Source: Macrostomum lignano (Eukaryota). From it: 64,000 nucleotides of DNA. Below, piece by piece: positions 36,316-58,479 of the stretch. How positions within the stretch are numbered: the stretch's first letter is position 1; each line of letters starts with the position of its first letter. The notes under the pieces were generated by a model that was given only the letters and a program-made list of their open reading frames with translations, was not told the origin of the DNA and did no database searches. The stretch covers positions 124,001 through 188,000 of the forward strand of contig NIVC01002136.1 in NCBI GenBank assembly GCA_002269645.1. Reading direction: 5' to 3'. The translations under genes and the position numbers were made by a program.

Positions 36316-36822
36316 GCCGTCACCCCAGCTTGTTTAGTTTTACTGGGCCAAGCTTTTAATTGGGCCATCACCCCAGCTTGTTTAGTTTTACTGCCCCAAG
36401 CTTTTAATTGGCCGTCACCCCAGCTTGTTTAGTTTTACTGCCCCAAGCTTTTGATTGGCCGTCACCCTAGCTTGCTTAGTTTTACTGCCCCAAGCTTTTG
36501 ATTGGCCGTCACCCCAGCTTGCTTAGTTTTACTGCCCCAAGCTTTTGATTGGCCGTCACCCTAGCTTGCTTAGTTTTACTGCCCCAAGCTTTTGATTGGC
36601 CGTCACCCCAGCTTGCTTAGTTTTACTGCCCCAAGCTTTTGATTGGCCGTCACCCTAGCTTGCTTAGTTTTACTGCCCCAAGCTTTTGATTGGCCGTCAC
36701 CCCAGCTTGTTTAGTTTTACTGCCCCAAGCTTTTGATTGGCCGTCACCCCAGCTTGTTTAGTTTTACTGCCCCAAGCTTTTGATTGGCCGTCACCCTAGC
36801 TTGCTTAGGTTGACTGCCCCAA
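36316..36822. repeat. 47-bp minisatellite (GGCCGTCACCCCAGCTTGTTTAGTTTTACTGCCCCAAGCTTTTGATT), ~10 copies, intergenic
   Basis: Period 47 measured (36410 to 36457). Confidence 0.95.
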
Positions 36823-36898
36823 GCGATGGCTCACCACACAAATCTGCTGCAAAAACATATTAAAGCTGCCGCCCAATCTTGCAGCAGAGCCAGTCTCA

Positions 36899-38155
36899 AT
36901 GTCCAGCAGCGCCGCCATTGACGAAGGCTACCAGGGCCCGCTAGCCAGCAAAATACGCGCCAAATTAAGCGCCGAGTTGGCGCCAAGCCACCTGCTGGTA
37001 ATCAACGAGTCCGCTGGGCACGGAGCCGGGCCCACCGGGGAGTCGCATTTTAAGGTGCGGTCAAGTTTTATTTATATTTTTTGTTAAAAGCAGGGGTTGT
37101 ACGCACCCTGGCGCACTTTAAGCGACATTGTCACACAACCGGCGAGAGGCATTACTACCCATTACGCCGATTCCCCTGAGCAGGCAGGCACACAAGCGTG
37201 CGGATACATCACACAGGAGTCTACAGCGGCCCTAACTTTATTTTATCGTTAGGCATGTACACTTCACTGCCCCTTGGGGATTGGTCCTCAAGCTGACCGC
37301 TAATTGCACGAGCAGAGCCAAGCCAAGATTCCTATTTAGCTCCAATCAATGCTCTTGGAATCGAGCCTGTGCCGCTTGCACATCAGGGCGCCGCGCTAGA
37401 CGGCCCCCCCCTGTACTATATCTAGAGATGCAGGACAAATCGACACTCCTACAGTTAACCTGTTCGAACCACCTTAAAATTCTACGCAATCATTAACTGA
37501 AATATTGCCATTGTAAATCCTCTAAAAAGCAAATCTTCCTTCATATCCCCACGACACTCTGTGTGTGCCTTCTGAGTCTTCAAATCTTATTGTTAATCGC
37601 CTTTCAACACTAAAAAACTGGCCTTTAAATCCTAATTATAAATCGGCATTCAGATCCCCATGAAAATTAGCGTAATGATCGGCCTTCAAAAATCCCTGTT
37701 GTTAAATGGCCTTGTATCCCCCGATGAGATTCGGCCTTCAAATTCCTATTTCTGGATCGGCCTTCAAATCCCTATTTTTTAAATCGACCTTTAAATCCTT
37801 ATTTCTGGATCGGCCTTCAAATCCGATTTTTTTAATCGGCTTTCAAATCCCCATTTCTGAATCGGCCTTCAAATCCCTATTTCTGAATCGTGCTTCACAA
37901 GAAGCAATCGCACATACATACACCTGTCAATCCCCTCGGCAGGTAGTGGTGGTGTCGGACCGGTTCGCTTCCGTGGCCCGCCTCCGACGGCACCGGATGG
38001 TGAACGACAGCCTTGCCGAGGAGTTGAATACGCAAAGCGCAGATCACAAACAGAAAATTCACGCCCTCAGCATTGTGGCGAAGACTCCGGAGGAGTGGGC
38101 AGCCAGCGACGCCGTGCCCGCCACACCGCCGTGCGGGGGCGGTGGCGGACGCTGA
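36899..38155 (+). CDS. BOLA1: BolA-like protein 1; exons 36899-37054 and 37943-38155
   Basis: LAPSHLLVINESAGHG...ESHFK|VVVVSDRF...RHRMVN...IHALSIVAKTPEEW; GT-AG phase-0 intron. Confidence 0.9.
37090..37411 (-). mobile_element. SINE family B copy in the BOLA1 intron
   Basis: Reverse complement matches 16801-17150. Confidence 0.65.
37640..37885. repeat. Degenerate repeat (ATCGGCCTTCAAATCCCTATTTCT-like) in the BOLA1 intron
   Basis: Recurring motif with substitutions. Confidence 0.7.
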
Positions 38156-38394
38156 CAAGAATTTTTCTTCCCCGATTTGTTAAGTAGTAATGAACGCGCT
38201 TGAATGTAGCTTTTTGATACAAGCAAATAAATAAAGATCATTAAGTCTATGCGACTGTTTTTTATTCGACCACCAGAGTGTTCAGCCAGAGCAGGCGCAG
38301 TTTAGGTTGACGTGACTTGCTGATTTTTTGTTCAGGTTGAGATTTTAGCGATTTTTAGCTTAGCTTAGGGTAAGGTTTCACAGTCCAATGGTGA

Positions 38395-39385
38395 GATTTT
38401 GAGATTTCTGTTTTAGGGCGAGATTTTGTGATTCCCAGTCTAAGGTTGAGATTTTGAGATTCCCAGTCTAAGGTTGAGATTTTGTGATTCCCAGTCTAAG
38501 GTTGAGATTTTGAGATTCCCAGTCTAAGGTTGAGATTTTGTGATTCCCAGTCTAAGGTTGAGATTTTGAGATTCCCAGTCTAAGGTTGAGATTTTGTGAT
38601 TCCCAGTCTTAGGTTGAGATTTTGAGATTCCCATTGTTGGGTGAGATTTAGAGATTCCCATTGTAGGGTGAGATTTTGAGATTTTAATTGTAGGGTAAGA
38701 TTTTGAGATTCCCATTGTAGGGTGAGATTTTGAGATTCCAATTGTTGGGTGAGATTTTGAGATTCCAATGTGTAGGGTGAGATTTTGATATTCCCATTGT
38801 AGGGTGAGATTTTGAGATTCCAATGTGTAGGGTGAGATTTTGAGATTTCCATTGTTGGGTGAGATTTTGATATTCCCATTGTAGGGTGAGATTTTGAGAT
38901 TCCCATTGTTGGGTGAGATTTTGATATTCCCATTGTAGGGTGAGATTTTGAGATTCCCAGTCTAAGGTTGAGATTTTGTGATTCCCATTGTTGGGTGAGA
39001 TTTTCAGATTCCAATGTGTAGGGTGAGATTTTGATATTCCCATTGTAGGGTGAGATTTTGAGATTCCAATGTGTAGGGTGAGATTTTGAGATTCCAATTG
39101 TAGGGTGAGATTTTGATATTCCCATTGTAGGGTGAGATTTTGAGATTTCCATTGTAGGGTGAGATTTGAGATTCCCATTGTAAGGTTGATATTTGAGAAT
39201 TCTGAGTCTAAGGTTGAGATTTTAAAATTCCCATTGTAGGGTGAGTTTTTGAGATTTCTGTTTTAAGGCGAGATTTTGAGAATTCAATTGTTGGGTGAGA
39301 TTTTGAGATTCCAATTGTAGGGTGAGATTTTGAGATTTCAATTGTAGGGTGAGATTTTGAGATTCCCATTGTAGGGTGAGATCTT
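38395..39385. repeat. 27-28-bp minisatellite (GAGATTCCCATTGTAGGGTGAGATTTT and variant GAGATTCCCAGTCTAAGGTTGAGATTTT)
   Basis: Two variant unit types in blocks. Confidence 0.93.
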
Positions 39386-39457
39386 GTTATTGTTTGAGAA
39401 TGCAACTTTCCGCCGCATTGCCCAAGCAGTTGAAAATATTTTTTCTGCCATTCTGAA

Positions 39458-40652
39458 ATGTCCTCCAACTCGCCGAACTCCTCGCCCTCCAAGTCCACCT
39501 TGGACGCCAATCTGTTAAACTTCCCGCCCCGCCGGGAGCGCTTCTTCGTTGCCATGGTGCCGCTGCAGGAGGCGGTGGAGGCCTGTCAACGCCTGGCGGT
39601 CAGCCCGGACACGGACGGCCAGGTGCTGTCCAGCTTCGTGCTGACGGAGACTGACCACTGGGGCAACAACTACGAGAAGCTGGTGTTCCTCACCGAGCGG
39701 TCGGTTGTGCTCAGCAAGTTCGACTTTGTCACCCGGCGGCATCGGCACTCGCGCCGTCTGTTGTTCAGCGACCTCACCAAGGTGGCGCTGGGTGACCTGA
39801 CCCTGCCGGCGCGCTCCTTGGCGCCGATGCGCTGCCACGGCGCCCTTCGACTGTTCTGGGGCGAGCCGAGCCGTGTGGGGGTGGGGCAGACCTGGAACCC
39901 CTTCAGCTCGGTGGCCATTCCCTACACCACCCTGGCTCATCACCCGCTGCACTACTGCGAGCCCGAGGCCAAGAACCCGGTGTACGACTTGGACTGCTTC
40001 GCCTCGTCACTGATTGGCACTTTGGCTGATCGGGCACCTCAGGCATGAAACACCTGTCTGCTTGCTGGGGTTTTTCTCTGCTTTCTCTCCTCACGAGGGC
40101 CAAATCCCCAGGCTTAGCGTGCTCAGGGGGTCATCGAAATGAGCATGAGTCCCACTGAGACCGTTACCGTGACAAGAATCGCTAAAGAGTTCAAGTTGCA
40201 AACAAAACTCACTGGTGACTCTATAGCGACTCCAGCACGCCTCAGACACCACCCTACGAGTCATTATAGAAGCGCCATAAAACACCTGAAATTGACTCTT
40301 CGGCGACTCTTTGACGACGTTTTTTAGCGACTTGTACCGTGACATCTTGTTTTAGAATCGTCCAGCAAGTGACTGTGGGGTGCTTCTTGCTTTACTGTTC
40401 TATAACAAACAGTTCACGGGGGGTTGATAAATTTGGTCCAAAAAGTAATAAATGAAAGCAAAGTGTTTTACTATGTCTGGAAACATTGCCGTCTAAAATA
40501 TGTATTACACAATTTGCTTTGCTCGGTCGCGCCCACAGGTGCAAGTGGTGTCGGAGCCGCTGCCACTGAACCTCTATCACGGCATCTCGTCAACCGTGTT
40601 CAACCAGAGCTGGCTGGGCTACTCAAAGGATCGAAATGGAGCCAGTTTTTAA
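39458..40652 (+). CDS. TPRG1L: TPRG1L-like (hSac2 domain) protein; exons 39458-40042 and 40539-40652
   Basis: LTETDHWGNNYEKLVFLT, SKFDF, WNPFS, IPYTTLAHHP; last exon VQVVSEPLPLNLYHGISSTVFNQSWLGYSKDRNGASF* resembles the family C-terminus; requires a GC donor. Confidence 0.78.
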
Positions 40653-40837
40653 TATCGAGGACGCAGGTGATTTGGGACTAACGGCGCAAGTTTCTACTCA
40701 ACTCAGTGTTGTGACTTTGGAAACTGTCAGGTCTATCTAGTCAAAGCAGCTTTTCAGTTTAGCCTCTAGTCTTGTTTGAGAGCAACTTTTCAGATTGTAC
40801 TGTTTTGCTACGGTGTTAGTCGGTTAAATGTTTTTTC

Positions 40838-41725
40838 TGACCCCCAGTTAGCGACTGTCTGACCCACAGTTAGCGACTGTCTGACCCCCAGTTAGCGACT
40901 GTCTGACCCACAGTTAGCGACTGTCTGATCCACAGTTAGCGACTGTCTGACCCACAGTTAGCGACTGTCTGATCCACAGTTAGCGACTGTCTGACCCACA
41001 GTTAGCGACTGTCTGACCCATAGTTAGCGACTGTCTGACCCACAGTTAGCGACTGTCTGATCCACAGTTAGCGACTGTCTGACCCACAGTTAGCGACTGT
41101 CTGATCCACAGTTAGCGACTGTCTGACCCACAGTTAGCGACTGTCTGACCCCCAGTTAGCGACTGTCTGACCCACAGTTAGCGACTGTCTGATCCACAGT
41201 TAGCGACTGTCTGACCCACAGTTAGCGACTGTCTGATCCACAGTTAGCGACTGTCTGACCCACAGTTAGCGACTGTCTGATCCACAGTTAGCGACTGTCT
41301 GATCCACAGTTAGCGACTGTCTGACCCACAGTTAGCGACTGTCTGACCCATAGTTAGCGACTGTCTGACCCACAGTTAGCGACTGTCTGATCCACAGTTA
41401 GCGACTGTCTGACCCACAGTTAGCGACTGTCTGATCCACAGTTAGCGACTGTCTGACCCACAGTTAGCGACTGTCTGACCCCCAGTTAGCGACTGTCTGA
41501 CCCACAGTTAGCGACTGTCTGACCCACAGTTAGCAACTGTCTGACCCCCAGTTAGCGACTGTCTGACCCCCAGTTAGCGACTGTCTGATCCCCAGTTAGC
41601 GACTGTCTGACCCCCAGTTAGCGACTGTCTGACCCCCAGTTAGCGACTGTCTGACCCACAGTTAGCGACTGTCTGACCCCCAGTTAGCGACTGTCTGACC
41701 CCCAGTTAGCGACTGTCTGACCCAT
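40838..41725. repeat. 22-bp minisatellite (CTGACCCACAGTTAGCGACTGT), ~40 copies
   Basis: Direct tandem periodicity; internal inverted repeat ACAGT-TAGCG-ACTGT. Confidence 0.96.
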
Positions 41726-42549
41726 AGCTACTGAGCAATTAATTAACTTTGACCGATTTCAATTGTTTTTTAGTCTCGTTGTGCAATTGAAGCCCGCCCT
41801 GTTCCGTGTTTTGGGTGTTTTAAGTTCAGGATATTGTTCTACTTTACCCAAAGAGAGCGTATATTACCGGAGCTGTATATTTAGGGAAGTCCACCATTTT
41901 TTTGCTTGCTGTTGGCTGTGAATATCGCCGCGGTATTTTATTAGAAAGTATCCCTAGAACTGTTTTGAATTTTAATATTCGGTCGTTTTATCAACTGGAA
42001 TATCGCACCATCTATCATAGATTACTCATCGATCAATATTCTAATATTTTATATTAATTTGCTGTCTTTGCTGTGCTTCTTTATTGTCTCGTGCGTTTAA
42101 CCCCGTAGCAGCTTTTTGCCACTGTTTTTGTGCGATGCCTTTGCAACACCATTTCCTGTTTTCAGTCATGAAAATAAAATTCAACGCTACTCATGCTACT
42201 GCTTAGCAGTAGGCTAAAACGAACGTTATTTGTTTTAATTAACAATAAATTTGTGATTTACGCATAAAACGCCTCGTTATCGGGATGTCTGTAGATTGTT
42301 ATCAAGCACTACCAACTTTTATTACCACTTTATCACACTTGAAGAATTAGGTTTTGTTTTTGTACTTTATTTATCCTCTTCTTTCACACTAAAGTACACA
42401 GGGCCAAGTCTGATTGGAAGTCGGTGAGAGTTGGAAAATAGAAACTGATGATGAGTGGAAAAAATGGGAACACGTGCGAACGACCATCGACATTCTACCC
42501 GTAACTGCTGCAAAATGGCGAATTGCTCAATCGCTCTGACACTAAATGG

Positions 42550-44598
42550 TCATAACTGAGATACAGAATTGTCATAACTGATGCAGGCACTCTAACTGAC
42601 ACTGATTCGTCACAACTGATACAGTCACTCTAACTGACACTGAATCGTCACAACTGATACAGAGTCACTCTAACTGACACTGAATCGTCACAACTGATAC
42701 AGAGTCACTCTAACTGACACTGAATCGTCACAGCTGATACAGAGTCACTCTAACTGACACTGAATCGTCACAACTGATACAGAGTCACTCTAACTGACAC
42801 TGAATCGTCACAACTGATACAGAGTCACTCTAACTGACACTGAATCGCCACAACTGATACAGAATTGTCATAACTGACACTGAATCGTCACAACTGATAC
42901 AGAATTGTCATAACTGACACTGAATCGTCATAACTGATACAGAATTGTCACAACTGACACTGAATCGTCACAACTGACACTGAATCGTCATAACTGACAC
43001 TGAATCGTCACAACTGACACTGAATCGTCATAACTGACAGAATCGTCACAACTGATACAGTCACTCTAACTGACACTGAATCGTCACAACTGATACAGTC
43101 ACTCTAACTGACACTGAATCGTCACAACTGATACAGAGTCACTCTAACTGACACTGAATCGTCACAGCTGATACAGAGTCACTCTAACTGACACTGAATC
43201 GTCACAACTGATACAGAGTCACTCTAACTGACACTGAATCGTCACAGCTGATACAGAGTCACTCTAACTGACACTGAATCGTCACAGCTGATACAGAGTC
43301 ACTCTAACTGACACTGAATCGTCACAACTGATACAGAGTCACTCTAACTGACACTGAATCGTCACAACTGACACTGAATCGTCACAACTGATACAGAGTC
43401 ACTCTAACTGACACTGAATCGTCACAGCTGATACAGAGTCACTCTAACTGACACTGAATCGTCACAACTGATACAGAGTCACTCTAACTGACACTGAATC
43501 GTCACAACTGACACTGAATCGCCACAACTGATACAGAGTCACTCTAACTGACACTGAATCGTCACAGCTGATACAGAGTCACTCTAACTGACACTGAATC
43601 GTCACAACTGATACAGTCACTCTAACTGACACTGAATCGTCACAACTGATACAGTCACTCTAACTGACACTGAATCGTCACAACTGATACAGAGTCACTC
43701 TAACTGACACTGAATCGTCACAGCTGATACAGAGTCACTCTAACTGACACTGAATCGTCACAACTGATACAGAGTCACTCTAACTGACACTGAATCGTCA
43801 CAACTGACACTGAATCGCCACAACTGATACAGAGTCACTCTAACTGACACTGAATCGTCACAGCTGATACAGAGTCACTCTAACTGACACTGAATCGTCA
43901 CAACTGATACAGTCACTCTAACTGACACTGAATCGTCACAACTGATACAGTCACTCTAACTGACACTGAATCGTCACAACTGATACAGAGTCACTCTAAC
44001 TGACACTGAATCGTCACAGCTGATACAGAGTCACTCTAACTGACACTGAATCGTCACAACTGATACAGAGTCACTCTAACTGACACTGAATCGTCACAAC
44101 TGACACTGAATCGTCACAACTGATACAGAGTCACTCTAACTGACACTGAATCGTCACAGCTGATACAGAGTCACTCTAACTGACACTGAATCGTCACAAC
44201 TGATACAGAGTCACTCTAACTGACACTGAATCGTCACAACTGACACTGAATCGCCACAACTGATACAGAGTCACTCTAACTGACACTGAATCGTCACAGC
44301 TGATACAGAGTCACTCTAACTGACACTGAATCGTCACAACTGATACAGTCACTCTAACTGACACTGAATCGTCACAACTGATACAGAGTCACTCTAACTG
44401 ACACTGAATCGTCACAGCTGATACAGAGTCACTCTAACTGACACTGAATCGTCACAACTGATACAGAGTCACTCTAACTGACACTGAATCGTCACAGCTG
44501 ATACAGAGTCACTCTAACTGACACTGAATCGTCACAGCTGATACAGAATCGCTCTAACTGACAGAGTCGTCACAACTGATACAGAATCGACACTAACT
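42550..44598. repeat. ~2-kb higher-order satellite of two related 20-mers (AACTGACACTGAATCGTCAC / AACTGATACAGAGTCACTCT)
   Basis: Mostly AB 40-bp dimers, with AA, 38-bp and variant units. Confidence 0.95.
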
Positions 44599-45595
44599 TT
44601 TTAAAATCGCTTAAAACTGCTGCAGAATGGCCCCTAGCAGCGGCAGAAGCACGCTTGAACGATAGACAGTGCAGCAGTTTAGGAAAAGAACTAAAACCAA
44701 CAGCAGCCGCAATGAATTGTGACATTAATATCGTGTGAAATATTAATTATGAACAGGCAATCAGCCGGTTTGCAATTGTATTATGTGTATGTAAACAAAG
44801 CATTTACAAAACTACCAATGCTAGTTGATATAAAAACCGCGAACAATGGTGAAACATTATTATTCTCATTATTATTTTAAATCGGTATGCAATTAGCAGT
44901 TGAAATTATTCTCAACAAAGCAGGCGGTGACTGTGACATTTGTTTGCCAAGCGGCGATTAACAAAAAACTGACAGCAAAAAGTGCACTGCAATTAGACAG
45001 GAGCAGCTCGAACGGGAGGGGAGTTTAAAGACCAGCTAATGGGAATATAAAATAAGCAGAAGCCAGTTCAAGGGTCCTCACGGTCTCCTATAAATAGTTC
45101 TTGCACTGGCCACCCAATCACTGGCTCTGGCGCGGATTAAAATATTGAAACTGTTTATCTGCGTAGTCAGTAAATGGCTGCACAGCCAGTATGTACACAG
45201 GAACTGCCAGAGCCAGCAGAAACTAATCATTCAATTATATGCAACAGGTGAATATGCACGGACAGCATAAATATAGTATAAATATAGAAATAGCAGTTAG
45301 AACGGGACAACAAAGGAACACGGAAGGTCATTTACTTACAGAGGTGCCCAAGGCCGATTTAGATGGGGAAATGCAGGAGAGTGAACTAGCTGGATACAGG
45401 CTGGGTCAGAGCCAAAGAAATTTATAAAAAAGGTCAATTTGAATAACACAACGGCGCAAGGAAGATGATTTTGTGAAGAAGAGCTGGATGATCAGAGTTG
45501 CAAAATAAAGCAATTGAAACAGAAGAGACCAGCACGGAGCCGCTCCGCTTATTAAAAACAAAGGCAAATGTCTGCTTGGCCCATGGGCGGCGGCC

Positions 45596-55349
<9,754 letters not shown>

Positions 55350-55440
55350 AAGTTTTGTAAGATGTATCTAAAATAGCCTTATGTTTAAATAAAATTGTAA
55401 AAAATTCCTTTCTTTTCTTTGATTTTTTGTGTGGTTACAC

Positions 55441-55977
55441 AAGGGGTCGGCAAACTCTGACTCGCGAGCCACACGCGGCTCGCAGAGCCTCTCTATCTGG
55501 CCCTCGGGCCTTTTGAAACTTCACAATATCAATCCGTTCTTATCTCTTCTCAGCGCTCTCCTCTCTACATGTAATATCCACTCCACTCTTTTTCTCTCTC
55601 CTCTCTTCTCTTCTCACTCCTCTATTCTCTTCTCAATCATCTACTCTTTAGTCTCTCCTCGCCATTCTCTTTATCTCCTCTCCTCCTCTCCTAACCATTC
55701 TCTTCATCTCCTCTCCTCCTCTCCTAACCATTCTCTTTATCTCCTCTCCTCCTCTCCTCTCCTTTCCATTCTCCTATCCATTATCCTTATCTCCTCTCCA
55801 TTCTCCTCATCTCCTCTCCTCTCTCCACCCCTCTCTTCTTCTTTATTCTCTACCCTCTCCTTTCCCCTATATCCCTTCTCTCTCCTTTATTCTCTCTCCT
55901 CACTCCCCTCCTCCGGTCTGCAGTCATTATCTAGGTTATCTATCTGGCCTTTGAGGTAAAAAGTTTGCCGACCTATG
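55441..55977. mobile_element. hAT-type MITE with internal CT-rich expansion
   Basis: TIR AAGGGGTCGGCAAACT...AGTTTGCCGACCTATG; 8-bp TSD GGTTACAC / GGTTACAA. Confidence 0.75.
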
Positions 55978-56189
55978 GGTTACAAAAATAGAGCACAAAT
56001 CCATGTTTGGCAATAGTTACCCGTTTTTAAAACAAAACATGCACAAAAACTAAGAAACCTGGCTTAATATTGTTGATGATTGTTGCAAGTTTTAACTTCA
56101 ATAGCTTGTAATTGTTTTTTGGCAAATAAAGTAAGTTGCTAACAATAGAAAAAAACAGCAGTGGTTTTAACTAAAAATGGTGCTTATAT

Positions 56190-56447
56190 GAACAGATATG
56201 CAATTAACAGCTCAGCCACAGCTATTGCATGACACATCTGAAGGTTGCATATGGCTGTTCAGTCCAAGGACTGGGGGGTTGCCACACACCCTGAATTACC
56301 CCAGCTAATGCTGGCACCCACTTTATAGCTAGGTGAACCAAAGCAATATAGAGTTAAGTATCTTGCTCAATGACACAAATTGTTCTAGGTGGGACAATAA
56401 TTGAGCCATTGACCTTCAAGTTATGACATACATGTGCAACACCTGGC
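56190..56447 (-). mobile_element. CORE-type SINE (family A), degenerate, with halves contiguous
   Basis: Reverse complement reads ...TGAGCAAGATACTTAACTCT...CTATAAAGTGGGTGCCAGCATTAGC...AGTCCTTGGACTG... Confidence 0.7.
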
Positions 56448-57235
56448 GGCTCATTCCATATAAGATAGACATATTTGGAAAATAGAAAAAAGTCAATATT
56501 TTTGCTTGCCATTGCCTAATTAGCCTATTTTTTTACCAAATGTTTATATTGTGCAATATATACAATCTAAGAATAAAGGAATGGTAAAATGTTGGATTAG
56601 TATGTTATCAATTGGCAAAAAGTCATTTTTGTAAAAATTTGGACATTTTTCGAAGCAAAAGACATCATTAAGATTTTGTACCTTTTAAAAACAAATAGAA
56701 AGCTTTTGAAGGTTGAAACAAACTATAGATAAAAGTATAGTACTTGCATCATCAGATAAAAGCATTGGTGACCAAATAATCTATTATATTTTTAATGTAT
56801 TAGTACCTCAAAGTTACTGAATTGACAGAAAAAATATGTTACCACCATAATGTTACGACCATAAGGCTGCCTTTTCTTTTGTATCTTTGTTGCCTTTTGA
56901 GTTTATATATTCTAATAAAAGAGTATGATTTCTAAAGATGTTCTTAGTCAAATTTTAAAAATGTATTGCAAAATATCAAAAATGAAAAATGTTATAAGAC
57001 TTTTACCTTTTAGTTTCTATATGTCAAAAATCCTGTCGTTACAACCATAAGTGTCATTTAAGGTTTAATAGCATCTATACTAATGATGATATCTATATGA
57101 AACTCTATAAATATATTCTAGACAAAATAATCTTTCATTTAAAATATTGGTTTAGTAGTATATTCTATTATTAGATTTCATTTTATAAGTAAAAATAACC
57201 TGTCATGTTACGACCATGCTTATATGGAATAAGCC
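56448..57235. mobile_element. Non-autonomous TIR DNA element, superfamily unassigned
   Basis: 17-bp TIR GGCTCATTCCATATAAG / CTTATATGGAATAAGCC (1 mismatch); TGGC on both flanks; internal repeated motif GTTAC(G/A)ACCAT. Confidence 0.75.
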
Positions 57236-58479
57236 TGGCCTAGCAGGGGCCAGTCAAGGTAAGCCACAAAAAATGCCCACCTAGAAATACAGATTTAGTA
57301 TTAATTAGATGACTTTAGCCTTAAAGATTTAGTCAAAGTTAGTCTAACCATTTATCCAAAATTACATTAATTTTTGCTTAGGTTTCTTACATAGGTAAAT
57401 CTTAGTTTTGATCAGAAAGCAAGTCCCATGGCCAGAATAAAGCAGGGGGGCTGTGTATGTAAGTTATAAGCATAACTAACCTTTGAGCATAATACATTGT
57501 CTTGGATATCAATGTTTTATTTTAGTCATGTGTATTAGTTTGTATTTTATTTTTTTGATTTTTGTTTACTAAATGTGAAGGTAAATGAATGTACTTTGAT
57601 TAAAATAAGTATCTTTATATATAAAAAACTTTTTAGGAATATTTTAAGACTTTAAAGTTTGATACACCTTTATAAGTCAAGTTATAATATATTATAATAT
57701 GTGTTCTGTATTTATTGCTTTTTATTTTTAATAATACTAAATAGTTTTAATTAGTAACTAAAATTAATACTATTAGAAGTATTCAGTATACCTGAAGATA
57801 AAAACTACTACATATCTTCCTAACACAATTTTTTGTTTAAATTCTTATTCAATTATTTGTTAATAACTCGTAAAATATAAATTAATAAATATAGTTAACA
57901 AAAAAATCAAATTATAAACTGTAGTCATCTATAGTAATGAAATAAAATAAAATATGCATTGCATTGACTAGAAATAGAATAGAAGGTGGTTAAAATTTCT
58001 TATTATTAGATTTCAAATATTATATTGTAAATGTGTATTGACTTCTATAATAGATTAATATATTTCTTTATATGCATAGCTTGTCCCAATTCTTTTACAA
58101 AATTGATAATTGTATAACTCATTTTGATTGCATGCCAAATCTAGGAAAACACATTTGTTTTAATACATGTATTTTTCATAATATTTTATATGAACTAATT
58201 TGTGTTTAAACTAGGAGTAAATTTTAGTATAAACAAGCTGTTGAAACCCGCAGATTTTGAACCCGGGGAACTCCATTCCCTGGAATTTTTTTTGCATGTA
58301 TTCTAAAATCTGAGGTCAAACTCAAACAAAAACTTGTTAATAGTTAGGATTAGAGTTAAACATAAAATAGTGTACATTCATGTAAAATTAGGATTTGAGG
58401 CAAACATTGCTATTGTTGGCTGGGGTGCTGCGCAGAATGTCAGGCAAACTCTGGCCTCTACCTCTGCCTCTCCCTATGT

